DNA of 38,730 bases, taken from an uncultured Clostridia bacterium (GTDB taxonomy: Bacteria; Aerophobota; Aerophobia; Aerophobales; B3-G15). Position numbers and translations under genes: made by a program. Shown here piece after piece: positions 1-8,164 of the stretch. The stretch lies in contig CAYZYX010000015.1 in the NCBI GenBank assembly GCA_964482715.1, forward strand, positions 1 through 38,730. The letters are read 5' to 3'. The notes beneath the pieces are model-generated. The model saw only the letters and a program-made list of their open reading frames with translations. It was not told the origin of the DNA and made no database searches. Numbering within the stretch: the first letter of the stretch is position 1; each line of letters starts with the position of its first letter.

Positions 1-23
1 AGCCACTGAATCTCATATGCTTT

Positions 24-368
24 ATGAATTTGAATACTAAAAAGCTTACACCACGAGAAAGATACAGGCTAACAGACAAACTTATAGAAAAAGTAAAGCT
101 TAGAAAATGTTCCTATAGACAAGCAACTTACATTTCAATTGTAAAAAGATTTTTGAAATTTGGCAAACTCCCGAGAGAGTCTCTATTTCCTTATTCTAAT
201 AAAAGTCAACAATTAGAAGCGTTTACTTTGCCTTAAAATTCTTCCTTAAATGACAAGTTTGATGAAAAACTACCGTTAGCCAAGGAAAATTTGAAATTAC
301 CAGTTGTGCTGAGTAGTGAGGAAATAAACAAAATGATAGAAGTAACAAATTTCATAGTTGGGGTGTGA
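24..368 (+). pseudogene. Frameshifted, truncated N-terminal remnant of a tyrosine recombinase/integrase (XerA/IntI-like)
   Basis: ORF 24..236 (KLIEKVKLRKCSY..TYISIVKRFL) continues in other frames as KSTIRSVYFALKFF and LNDKFDEKLPLAKENLKLPVVLSSEEINKMIE. KLPVVLSxEE is the typical linker before the catalytic domain. The catalytic domain is absent. Confidence 0.75.
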
Positions 369-408
369 TCTTAATCTATCTGTGTATCTAAACTTGTAAA
401 AATAGAAC

Positions 409-437
409 TTGCATCTTTGTCTTGAGTTGGATATAAT
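409..437 (+). promoter_or_regulatory. sigma70-type promoter for tRNA-Leu
   Basis: TTGCAT (409-414), 17 bp spacer, TATAAT (432-437), ending 18 bp before the tRNA. Confidence 0.75.
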
Positions 438-455
438 AAGACCAGGAAGTGTCTT

Positions 456-544
456 GCCGGAGTGGCGGAACTGGTAGACGCGCTGGACTCAAAATCCAGT
501 GAGGTTTACCCCTCGTGAGGGTTCGACTCCCTCCTCCGGCACCA
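456..544 (+). tRNA. tRNA-Leu (anticodon CAA)
   Basis: GCCGGAG/CTCCGGC acceptor stem with ACCA end; anticodon arm CTGGA-CTCAAAA-TCCAG; long variable arm; GTTCGAC T-loop. Confidence 0.97.
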
Positions 545-583
545 GGTTGAATTGGTAGCCTGGGAAAGAGGAGGTGAAGAAAG

Positions 584-886
584 GTGGGATTTTTTGAAAA
601 AATAGCTGCCAAAATGAGACAGGCAGCAGAAAAAAGAAGGGAAGCTGACTTTATAACCTTTAAGGTAAAGTGTGAAAAATGTGGGGAAATAATTACCGCA
701 AAAGTTAATCGTCGAACAGATTTACAGAACCTTTACCTGGAACCTGGAGAAACAGGCGTGGCTTTTAATTTAAAAAAAGAGATTCTGGGAAAAAAATGTC
801 CTAACCTTATTCGAATAGACGTTGATTTTGATAGAAATTACAGGATCATTGCCCAAGAGATTACGGGAGGGACGTTCTTAGAGTAA
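584..886 (+). CDS. Hypothetical protein with CxxC motif (putative zinc ribbon)
   Basis: Strong RBS GAGGAGGTGA before GTG; KCEKCGE plus a distal Cys (KKCPN). Confidence 0.75.
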   Translation: MGFFEKIAAKMRQAAEKRREADFITFKVKCEKCGEIITAKVNRRTDLQNLYLEPGETGVAFNLKKEILGKKCPNLIRIDVDFDRNYRIIAQEITGGTFLE

Positions 887-920
887 AATAAGAAATAAAG
901 AGGGTCAGCTAATTTAAAAA

Positions 921-2084
921 ATGAGCAGTATTCGTCTTGAAGGCGTGGTAAAAAAATATTACCCGGAAAGACCTCTTTTCTTCAGGAAACAAAGTGAGTC
1001 TTCTGGTATATTTGCCCTTGATCATGTCTATCTGGATATAAAGGAAGGAGAGACTATGGGTGTGATCGGCCCTACAGGATGTGGAAAAACTACCTTGCTT
1101 AAAGTTATTGCTGGATTAGAAAAAATTGAAGAAGGTACTGTTTATTTTGGAGATCGAGATGTTACGAAACTTCGCCCAAGAGAAAGAGGTATAGGTATGG
1201 TGTTTCAAAATTATGCTCTTTATCCCCATATGGTAAGCAGAGAAAATCTTGCCTTCCCTTTCAGGCTTCGTAAATGGCCCGAGCACATGATTGATGAAAG
1301 AATTGAATTCACGGCAGACACTCTGGGAGTTGGATTTAGAGAACTTCTGGGGAGAATGCCTCGAACCCTATCCCAGGGTCAAAAGCAGAGAGTTGCCCTT
1401 GGAAGATGCATAATTAGGAATCCTACCGTGTTTTTAATGGATGAGCCTTTATCCAGCCTGGATGCCAAACTTAGAATAAAGACTCGCTTGGAGATAAAGA
1501 AAATCCTCAAAAAATTTTCGGTAACAACAGTTTATGTTACTCACGATCAATCAGAGGCCGTAGCCTTATCTGATCGTATAGCCATCATGAGAGAAGGCAA
1601 AATAGAGCAAGTCGGAACTTTTGATGAAATCTATGAACATCCGGTAAACCTTTTTGTGGCCGGGTTTGTAGGGGATCCATCAATGAATCTTCTGCCCCTT
1701 ACAGTAGGACAAAAGGATAATAGATTGATCATGGGAGAGGCTCTATACAATATTAAAATTAAAGTTCCTTTAGAATGGGAACAAAAACTTAGAGAGAAAA
1801 AGATGGTGGGTAAAGATGTGGTTTTTGGTATGCGTCCTGAAGACATTGAATTAGGTAAAGCATCGCGGTCAAATAATGTTTTTACTTTTAGAGCCCGAGT
1901 GGAAGATAGAGAAATAGGGATAAACAAAGCGCATCTTTTTCTAAAACTCGGTCATTTCAGTCTGGTAGCCAGCCTGGAAAATTATAAACATCTTCCTCTT
2001 CCCGGTGAAAATGCAGAATTTACTTTCCCAGTGAAAAGGGGGAAAGTTTTTAATAAAGAAAACGGTCTTGCTATTATAAGTTAG
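921..2084 (+). CDS. Carbohydrate ABC transporter ATP-binding subunit (MalK/UgpC/MsiK family)
   Basis: Walker A GPTGCGKTT, Q-loop VFQNYALYPHM, signature LSQGQ, Walker B FLMDEPLS, VYVTHDQ, C-terminal TOBE-like region. Confidence 0.93.
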   Translation: MSSIRLEGVVKKYYPERPLFFRKQSESSGIFALDHVYLDIKEGETMGVIGPTGCGKTTLLKVIAGLEKIEEGTVYFGDRDVTKLRPRERGIGMVFQNYALYPHMVSRENLAFPFRLRKWPEHMIDERIEFTADTLGVGFRELLGRMPRTLSQGQKQRVALGRCIIRNPTVFLMDEPLSSLDAKLRIKTRLEIKKILKKFSVTTVYVTHDQSEAVALSDRIAIMREGKIEQVGTFDEIYEHPVNLFVAGFVGDPSMNLLPLTVGQKDNRLIMGEALYNIKIKVPLEWEQKLREKKMVGKDVVFGMRPEDIELGKASRSNNVFTFRARVEDREIGINKAHLFLKLGHFSLVASLENYKHLPLPGENAEFTFPVKRGKVFNKENGLAIIS

Positions 2085-2467
2085 CCCTTATCTCGCTTTT
2101 CTATTTTTATTCTTTCCAGAAGGCATTCTTTTCCTGAGATAATTTCCGTGTTATTTGAGCCACAATGGGGACATTGAAGGAAAGGTAAGGAAAAGTAGGG
2201 AAAATATACATCAGCGTTTTCCAGTTTACTTTTATATCCACACTTCCTGCACAGAATAATAGTAGGGACTTTTTTTATTAAAATTTTTGCTTCTTGCGCC
2301 AGCGTATTCCGAAAAAACTCTTTCAGCCAGAAATCAAGTTGTTCGGGGTTTAGATGGGTGAAATTCCCTATTTTTATCCTTACCTCAAGCACCCGCGAGG
2401 CACCTTCTCTTTTAGCTCTTTTTATCACTTCCTGAGCAATCAATCGTGAAATATAAAGATCATGCAT
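2081..2467 (-). CDS. hypA: Nickel metallochaperone HypA
   Basis: N-terminal MH(D), two CxxC motifs (CRKCG, CPHCG), C-terminal SGKE; adjacent to hypB. Confidence 0.92.
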   Translation of the reverse strand: MHDLYISRLIAQEVIKRAKREGASRVLEVRIKIGNFTHLNPEQLDFWLKEFFRNTLAQEAKILIKKVPTIILCRKCGYKSKLENADVYFPYFSLPFLQCPHCGSNNTEIISGKECLLERIKIEKRDKG

Positions 2468-2472
2468 TTAAG

Positions 2473-3147
2473 CTAAACCTGAAAGCCGATAGCCTGAGCG
2501 ACTTCCTTTAATCCCTTTTCTTCCCTGCAGCTGGTAAGAATAGTTTTGACAGATGAATTTATACTTTTTATGTCGTCCACCAATCTGGAAGGATCAACTC
2601 CCATAATTTCTGCCAGGTCAATTTTGTTTATGACTGCTACGTTGGCACTGTGAAAAATATAAGGGTGTTTTTTTACCATCCAGGGTCCTTCTGTCACAGA
2701 AACTATCACCACTCTCTTGTGAGCACCCAGAGGAAATTCTGCTGGACAGATGAGATTTCCAACATTTTCTATAAATACAAGGTCCAGGTCTTTTAAGGGC
2801 AGGGAGCTAAGAGCCTTCTTAATCAGATTGGCGTCAAGGTGACACTCCTTTCCAGTATTCACCTGTACTACCTCTATTCCAAGTCGGGTGATTCGTTCTG
2901 CATCAATGGTTGTGGTCAAATCTCCGGCTACAACGGCGATACGATATCTCTTTTTTAAAAGAGAAGCCAGAAGACCTATAAGAGAAGTTTTACCCGAACC
3001 TATTGAACCCATCACGTCAATAGCTGTTATACCAAATTGATCCAGAGCCTTTCTATTTTCAGCTGCTAATTTTCTGTTTTTTTCAAGAAAATCCTTTTCA
3101 AGTTCAATATCAAGTATCTCCCCTTCATCAGGCTTTACTATCTTCAT
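2473..3147 (-). CDS. hypB: Nickel-incorporation GTPase HypB
   Basis: GSIGSGKT P-loop, CHLD, ENVGNLICPAEF, NKID motifs. Confidence 0.95.
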   Translation of the reverse strand: MKIVKPDEGEILDIELEKDFLEKNRKLAAENRKALDQFGITAIDVMGSIGSGKTSLIGLLASLLKKRYRIAVVAGDLTTTIDAERITRLGIEVVQVNTGKECHLDANLIKKALSSLPLKDLDLVFIENVGNLICPAEFPLGAHKRVVIVSVTEGPWMVKKHPYIFHSANVAVINKIDLAEIMGVDPSRLVDDIKSINSSVKTILTSCREEKGLKEVAQAIGFQV

Positions 3148-3159
3148 TTTTCTTCCTCT

Positions 3160-3894
3160 TTAACTTTTTATTGTAATTTTTCCCAGGAGAAATCTTCGTA
3201 AAAGATCAAGAGCTGTTTGGGATGTTTTCCACTTGATGGTTTCTCTATCTCCTGAAAAAATGTTTTTTCGAACAATGGTCCCTTCTTTAGTGCTTAAAGC
3301 AATATAGACAAGACCGACCGGTTTTTCTGAACTTCCTCCGGAAGGTCCGGCAATGCCTGTTATTCCTACTGAGAGGTCAGCACCTGTAACCTGTCTTATT
3401 CCCTCAGCCATTTTTAAGGCCACCTCTGGAGAGACAGCTCCCCTCTCTTTTATAAGTTCAGGAGGAACTTTTAAAAACATTGACTTGGATTCATTGCTGT
3501 AACTTACCACACCACAAAGATAACACTTAGATATTCCCGGAACATTGGTGATTCTGTGGGAGACAAGCCCACCCGAACAGGATTCTGCCAGACTGAGGGT
3601 TATTTTTCTTTGCATCAAAAGTTCACCTACAACCTTTTCCATAGTTTCTTCATCACAGCCAAAGATGTTATCACCCAGTTTTTCTCTTATCCTTTCTTCT
3701 GCAGTTTCTATCTTCTTTTCGACTTCATCAGGCAAAGCCAGGGACTCAATTTGAACATGAACCTCACCCCGATCACAGGTAATTTTGACTGATAAACCGG
3801 GCTCCCATGATATCTGGTTGATTTTATCTTTAACCTCTAACTCACTTAATCCCCAGACTTTGAGAAACTTTACCTTTCTTGCTTGAGGATCCAT
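3160..3894 (-). CDS. CinA-family NMN amidohydrolase (KH-like linker plus PncC domain; no N-terminal MoCF-like domain)
   Basis: AESCSGG, YSNESK, GAVS, GITGIAGPSGGS..KPVGLVY motifs of the CinA/PncC domain. Confidence 0.9.
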   Translation of the reverse strand: MDPQARKVKFLKVWGLSELEVKDKINQISWEPGLSVKITCDRGEVHVQIESLALPDEVEKKIETAEERIREKLGDNIFGCDEETMEKVVGELLMQRKITLSLAESCSGGLVSHRITNVPGISKCYLCGVVSYSNESKSMFLKVPPELIKERGAVSPEVALKMAEGIRQVTGADLSVGITGIAGPSGGSSEKPVGLVYIALSTKEGTIVRKNIFSGDRETIKWKTSQTALDLLRRFLLGKITIKS

Positions 3895-3898
3895 TTTT

Positions 3899-5101
3899 TT
3901 ATGCCTCTTTTATTCTTGCTTCTCCTGCCTTTATCAAACTCCAGCGGGTGAGATAAGGCCCTGCAATTTCTGTTATTACGGTGGTAAAAAGCAAAATGTT
4001 TATAACCAGAGTAGCAAGCATTCTTCCAGCCTCCCCGTAACTGGCAAACTCTCTTCCCACAAGTACAGCAAGAGCTAAGGCTACACCAACTTGTGGAAAA
4101 AGAGGAAAGCCTATGAATTTTTGAACCACTGAAGGAGCATTAGAAACCCGGGCGCCAAAAGAGGCTCCCATAAATTTACCCATCATTCTCGCTCCAGTAT
4201 AGGCTAACCCCAAAAGTCCAATTTGAGGTAACAATCGAATATTAAGATGGGCTCCAGCCAGACAGAAAAACGCTATATAAAAAACGGGTGTTGAAGTTCG
4301 CCACACATTAAATATTCGATGAAGAGGTCGGGGAGAAAGATTAGCAACAGTCATACCCAGACTCATATTTGCCAGGAGAGGTGAAAAATTGAAACTACTT
4401 GCTATCCCAATGTTTAAAAGAAGTACAGCAATAATTACAATAAAAAAATCAGTGGAGGATCTTATCCAGCGTGAGGAAAGACTGACCAGAATTCCGAGTC
4501 CAGCCCCCAGGAGCAAGGCTCCAAATATCTCTTCCAGAGGAGGAAGGAGAATTGAAAAAATTGAGAAATTAAATCCGGGCAAAATAAAAATGCGGGCAAG
4601 AGAAGAAGCTATGGCATAAAGAATCAGGGCTATGGCGTCATCTATAGCTACAACCGAGAGGATTGTTGTGGTCAAAATACCCCTGGCTCCCACTTCCTGA
4701 AGAACCATCATGGTGGCAGCAGGAGCCGTTGCTGAAGAGACTGCACCCAGAATAAGAGCCTGAGCCGGGTTGCGGGTAATGGTCATCACCACCAGAGTTA
4801 CCAGAAGGAAAGCACCAAAGGCTTCACCTATAACTATGCAGACAATAGATTTTCCCAGCTTTCGCAGTTGAGAAATCCTGAGTTCTTCCCCAATATTAAA
4901 GGCTATAAATCCAAGAGCAAGATCAAAGAGAATACCCACACGAGAGAGAATATCCTCGGAGAATACCCCTGTTACCGAACCACCCAGCACCACCCCCATA
5001 ATTACCCAGCCTGTAACTGCTGGAACCTTTATTCTGGCAAAGAGCTTTCCAGCCACAAAACCTAAAACAACAGCTATGCCAACGGCCAGAAGTACATTCA
5101 T
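3899..5101 (-). CDS. Cation:proton antiporter (CPA2/Kef-like)
   Basis: About 12 hydrophobic segments; ATAPAAT, VVAIDD, FFCLAGAHL, R..GK and PQVGVA motifs. Confidence 0.88.
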   Translation of the reverse strand: MNVLLAVGIAVVLGFVAGKLFARIKVPAVTGWVIMGVVLGGSVTGVFSEDILSRVGILFDLALGFIAFNIGEELRISQLRKLGKSIVCIVIGEAFGAFLLVTLVVMTITRNPAQALILGAVSSATAPAATMMVLQEVGARGILTTTILSVVAIDDAIALILYAIASSLARIFILPGFNFSIFSILLPPLEEIFGALLLGAGLGILVSLSSRWIRSSTDFFIVIIAVLLLNIGIASSFNFSPLLANMSLGMTVANLSPRPLHRIFNVWRTSTPVFYIAFFCLAGAHLNIRLLPQIGLLGLAYTGARMMGKFMGASFGARVSNAPSVVQKFIGFPLFPQVGVALALAVLVGREFASYGEAGRMLATLVINILLFTTVITEIAGPYLTRWSLIKAGEARIKEA

Positions 5102-5123
5102 TTAGCTTCCTTTCATCAGTACA

Positions 5124-5459
5124 TCAGTACATATGAGGTGCCAGCTGCCAAAGCTTAACAGGAATACTGAATATGGTAGCAATTTCTTCTTTATCAAGTT
5201 GCAGATCTTCTCTCCACAGCTTAACCATCTGCTTGATCTTATCTTCCTCCCTGACCAGGGCCAAAATAAGCTTCGGTTCCTTTCTTTTTCCTCCCATTGT
5301 TATCTGAAGTTCTTTAAAAAGAGGAAATTTAAAGGCGAGAACTTCTTTCAATTCCTGAGCTTCACTTATGAAAACTTCTTCTACCTCCTCTTGAAGCAGA
5401 ACTTCGAGAAAATCCTCTAAGAATCTACTGTCATAAAGAAAAATACCTAAAATATGCAT
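5124..5459 (-). CDS. PII-like (GlnB-fold) small protein
   Basis: 111 aa; N-terminal beta strand then acidic helix, central PLF motif, C-terminal IFSIPV; directly upstream of the antiporter. Confidence 0.6.
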   Translation of the reverse strand: MHILGIFLYDSRFLEDFLEVLLQEEVEEVFISEAQELKEVLAFKFPLFKELQITMGGKRKEPKLILALVREEDKIKQMVKLWREDLQLDKEEIATIFSIPVKLWQLAPHMY

Positions 5460-5467
5460 TTTAATCC

Positions 5468-6448
5468 TTAAATTATGCCTTTTCTTTTTAAAACCGTGGC
5501 TGCCGCTCCTATAGCTCCCGCATCATCTCCCAACTTTGCGGCAACAATTTCCACATCCTTACGTGAAGCCTTAAGACAGTTTAAAAAGGCGTATTTTCTG
5601 ACCTCATCCAGCAAAATATGGCCTGATCTCATCATTCCACCTGCCAGGATAACCTTTTGAGGATTGAAAATGTTAATAAGACTTGCTACCCCAATCCCCA
5701 GGTATCTTCCTGTCTCTCGAACAATATGCATGGCAAGCTCATCTTGCTGTTCAGCGGCTTTAAAAACCATCTCACAGGTCAGGTTTTCGGGATTATTTCC
5801 CATAAGCCGGGTCAGTATGGTAGAATGGCCCTGTTTTAAGTAGGCTCTTGTTCTTTTTATAACTCCCGTTGCTGATGCGTAAGCTTCAAGACATCCACGT
5901 GCTCCGCAGCCACATATCATCCCTCCTTCTTTTATTATCATGTGACCAAGTTCCGCACCTGCATCCCAGGCTCCATGATAAACTTCTCCCTCAATGATCA
6001 CTCCTCCTCCTACTCCAGTTCCCAGTGTTAAGAGAAAAAGGTAGTCAGTTCCTTTTCCTGCCCCTTTCCACCATTCTCCAAGAGCAGCGGCATTGGCGTC
6101 ATTTTCCAGAAAAACAGGCATCTTCAGCCTGTCTTCGAGAATGGCCACAAGCGGAAGGTCTTCCCACTCGGGAATGTTTGGAGAGTGATAGATTATTCCT
6201 TCGCTAGCACTTAATGGACCTGGACTCCCAATGCCTACCCCCAAAAGAGAGGAGGCGCCAAGATCCTCTGCTTTTTTCTGGAGAGTTTGAATGGAAGAGG
6301 TAATCTGGGAAAGAGTTTTTTCTTTGCCTTCCTGTCCTAAGGTGGGACGAAAATCTCTTGCCAGAATTTGCCCCTCTTTATTTACCAGAAGGGAATGAAT
6401 ATTGGTAGCCCCAAGATCTACTCCAATTATAACTTCAAAAGTAGGCAT
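5468..6448 (-). CDS. ROK-family sugar kinase (glucokinase-like)
   Basis: GVDLGAT, ENDANAAALGE, TLGTGVGGG, ELGH, CGCGARGCLE zinc motif; no HTH domain. Confidence 0.93.
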   Translation of the reverse strand: MPTFEVIIGVDLGATNIHSLLVNKEGQILARDFRPTLGQEGKEKTLSQITSSIQTLQKKAEDLGASSLLGVGIGSPGPLSASEGIIYHSPNIPEWEDLPLVAILEDRLKMPVFLENDANAAALGEWWKGAGKGTDYLFLLTLGTGVGGGVIIEGEVYHGAWDAGAELGHMIIKEGGMICGCGARGCLEAYASATGVIKRTRAYLKQGHSTILTRLMGNNPENLTCEMVFKAAEQQDELAMHIVRETGRYLGIGVASLINIFNPQKVILAGGMMRSGHILLDEVRKYAFLNCLKASRKDVEIVAAKLGDDAGAIGAAATVLKRKGII

Positions 6449-6459
6449 TTTAAACCTCT

Positions 6460-6742
6460 TTACATTATACTTAAGGGATATTTTTCTTTTAGAATAAAAA
6501 GTTTTTCTTTAAAATAATCTCCTTTTTGTTGTGCCTTTTCCACAAGTTTCCCCTTTTTCATAATTTCCAGAAATTTTAAAGCTACCGAACAGACAGGAGG
6601 ACCCCCTCCAAAAGTGGTACAGACTTTTCCTTCTGTATCCCAGACTCTTACTCCATGGCCTCCATCTATAGGAACGGGATACGGGAATAAGTTAATGTCC
6701 GATAGGTATTTGAATTTTCTATATTTTTTTGATTTTTATCAT
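6460..6742 (-). pseudogene. Internally deleted class-III aminotransferase (ArgD-like) remnant
   Basis: Not in the ORF track. Manual translation gives YPVPIDGGHGVRVWDTEGK joined directly to TTFGGGPPVCSVALKFLEIM..LVEKAQQKGDYFKEKL..LKEKYP. The ATG at 6742 is out of frame across an A7 run. Confidence 0.75.
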
Positions 6743-6745
6743 TTT

Positions 6746-8062
6746 TTATTTTTTACTCGAAGATTTTAGTTTTCGAAATTCTGCTTTTCCCCATTTTATC
6801 AGTTGAACTATGGGAATCTTGGAGGGACAAACGTAAGCACAAGATCCACATTCAATACAATCCATTATGTGGTATTCACCCAAGCTTTCCCACCTTTCTG
6901 CCTTTATTAATTTAACCAGAATAGTGGGTAAAAGACCGATCGGACAGTGATCCACACAGCGAGCACATCTAATGCAGGGTTCTTCCTCATCCAAGCTAAC
7001 CTCATTTTCAAGCATTACTAAAATTCCAGAGGTTCCCTTTATTACCGGACATTCCAGACTGAACTGGGCAATTCCCATCATGGGTCCCCCGGTGATTATA
7101 ACCGAGAAGTTATCCTTAACCTGACAGTAGTCCAAAATGTATCCCAGAGGTGTTCCAATGGGGACCATTAAATTGGAGGGATTGTTGACTCCTGAACCTG
7201 TAACTGCAATTACTCTTTCTATAAGAGGTTTATTGGCTTTAATAGCCTCGGTTATGGCACAGGCTGTACCCACATTTTGTACCACCACTCCAACGTCAAG
7301 AGGAAGCCCTCCTGATGGAACTTCTCTTCCCAGAATAGCTTTAATCAGCATTTTTTCCCCACCTTGGGGATATTTTGTTTTAAGGGCCACAACCTTAATG
7401 TTAGATTCGCTTTTTACCAGCTTTTTTATGAGTGAAATAGCATCTTTTTTATTATTCTCAATTCCTATATAACCTTTTTGCGCACCTGTAGCCTTCATGG
7501 CAAGCCTCAAACCAAAAATCATATCCTCCGGTTTCTCCAGCATTATACGGTGATCCGCAGTAAGGTAAGGCTCACATTCACATCCGTTTAAAATTACTGT
7601 GTCGATTTTTCTATCCGGAGGAGGGGTAAGTTTAACGTGGGTAGGAAAAGCTGCGCCTCCCATTCCGGCAATACCAGCCTCTCTTACTCTTTTTCTTATT
7701 TCCTCGGGCGAAAGAGAAGATAGATCTATTTCCTGATAAGACCAGTTTTTTCTCTCCTGGCCATCCCATTCAATTATTATAGCTTCTGCTTCTCCCAGAG
7801 TAGGATGAGGCATTTTTTCAATGGAAACTACTTGACCTGAAATCGGACTATGGACGGGACAGGAGATGAAAGCATCCTGGTCTGCGATTTTTTGACCTTC
7901 TTCTACTTTGTCTTTCTTTTTCACAAGGGGAGTGCAGGGAGCGCCTGTGTGTTGAATAAGAGGCACTATGACTCGAGGAGGGATGGGGATTCTCTGAATC
8001 TCTTTGTATTCGCTAAGTTTTTTTCTTTCCGGAGGATGAACACCACGTTTAAAAGTTTTCAT
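6746..8062 (-). CDS. rnfC: Electron transport complex subunit RnfC/RsxC
   Basis: TFKRGVHPPE, GMGGAAFPTHVK, NGCECEPYLTAD, YPQGGEK, GGPMMG, two 4Fe-4S motifs (CIRCARCVDHCP, CIECGSCAYVCP). Confidence 0.95.
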   Translation of the reverse strand: MKTFKRGVHPPERKKLSEYKEIQRIPIPPRVIVPLIQHTGAPCTPLVKKKDKVEEGQKIADQDAFISCPVHSPISGQVVSIEKMPHPTLGEAEAIIIEWDGQERKNWSYQEIDLSSLSPEEIRKRVREAGIAGMGGAAFPTHVKLTPPPDRKIDTVILNGCECEPYLTADHRIMLEKPEDMIFGLRLAMKATGAQKGYIGIENNKKDAISLIKKLVKSESNIKVVALKTKYPQGGEKMLIKAILGREVPSGGLPLDVGVVVQNVGTACAITEAIKANKPLIERVIAVTGSGVNNPSNLMVPIGTPLGYILDYCQVKDNFSVIITGGPMMGIAQFSLECPVIKGTSGILVMLENEVSLDEEEPCIRCARCVDHCPIGLLPTILVKLIKAERWESLGEYHIMDCIECGSCAYVCPSKIPIVQLIKWGKAEFRKLKSSSKK

Positions 8063-8164
8063 AACTTACCCCTTTATAAATTTTTGGTGTAAGTTTTATT
8101 ATGGTTTACTTGAGATCAAAATTATCTTGGCATTTTATCAAAATTTTCACATTAAGGCAAGTTT

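Noticed and set aside
388-612. 74-aa minus-strand ORF
   Set aside because: Antisense shadow of tRNA-Leu and its promoter
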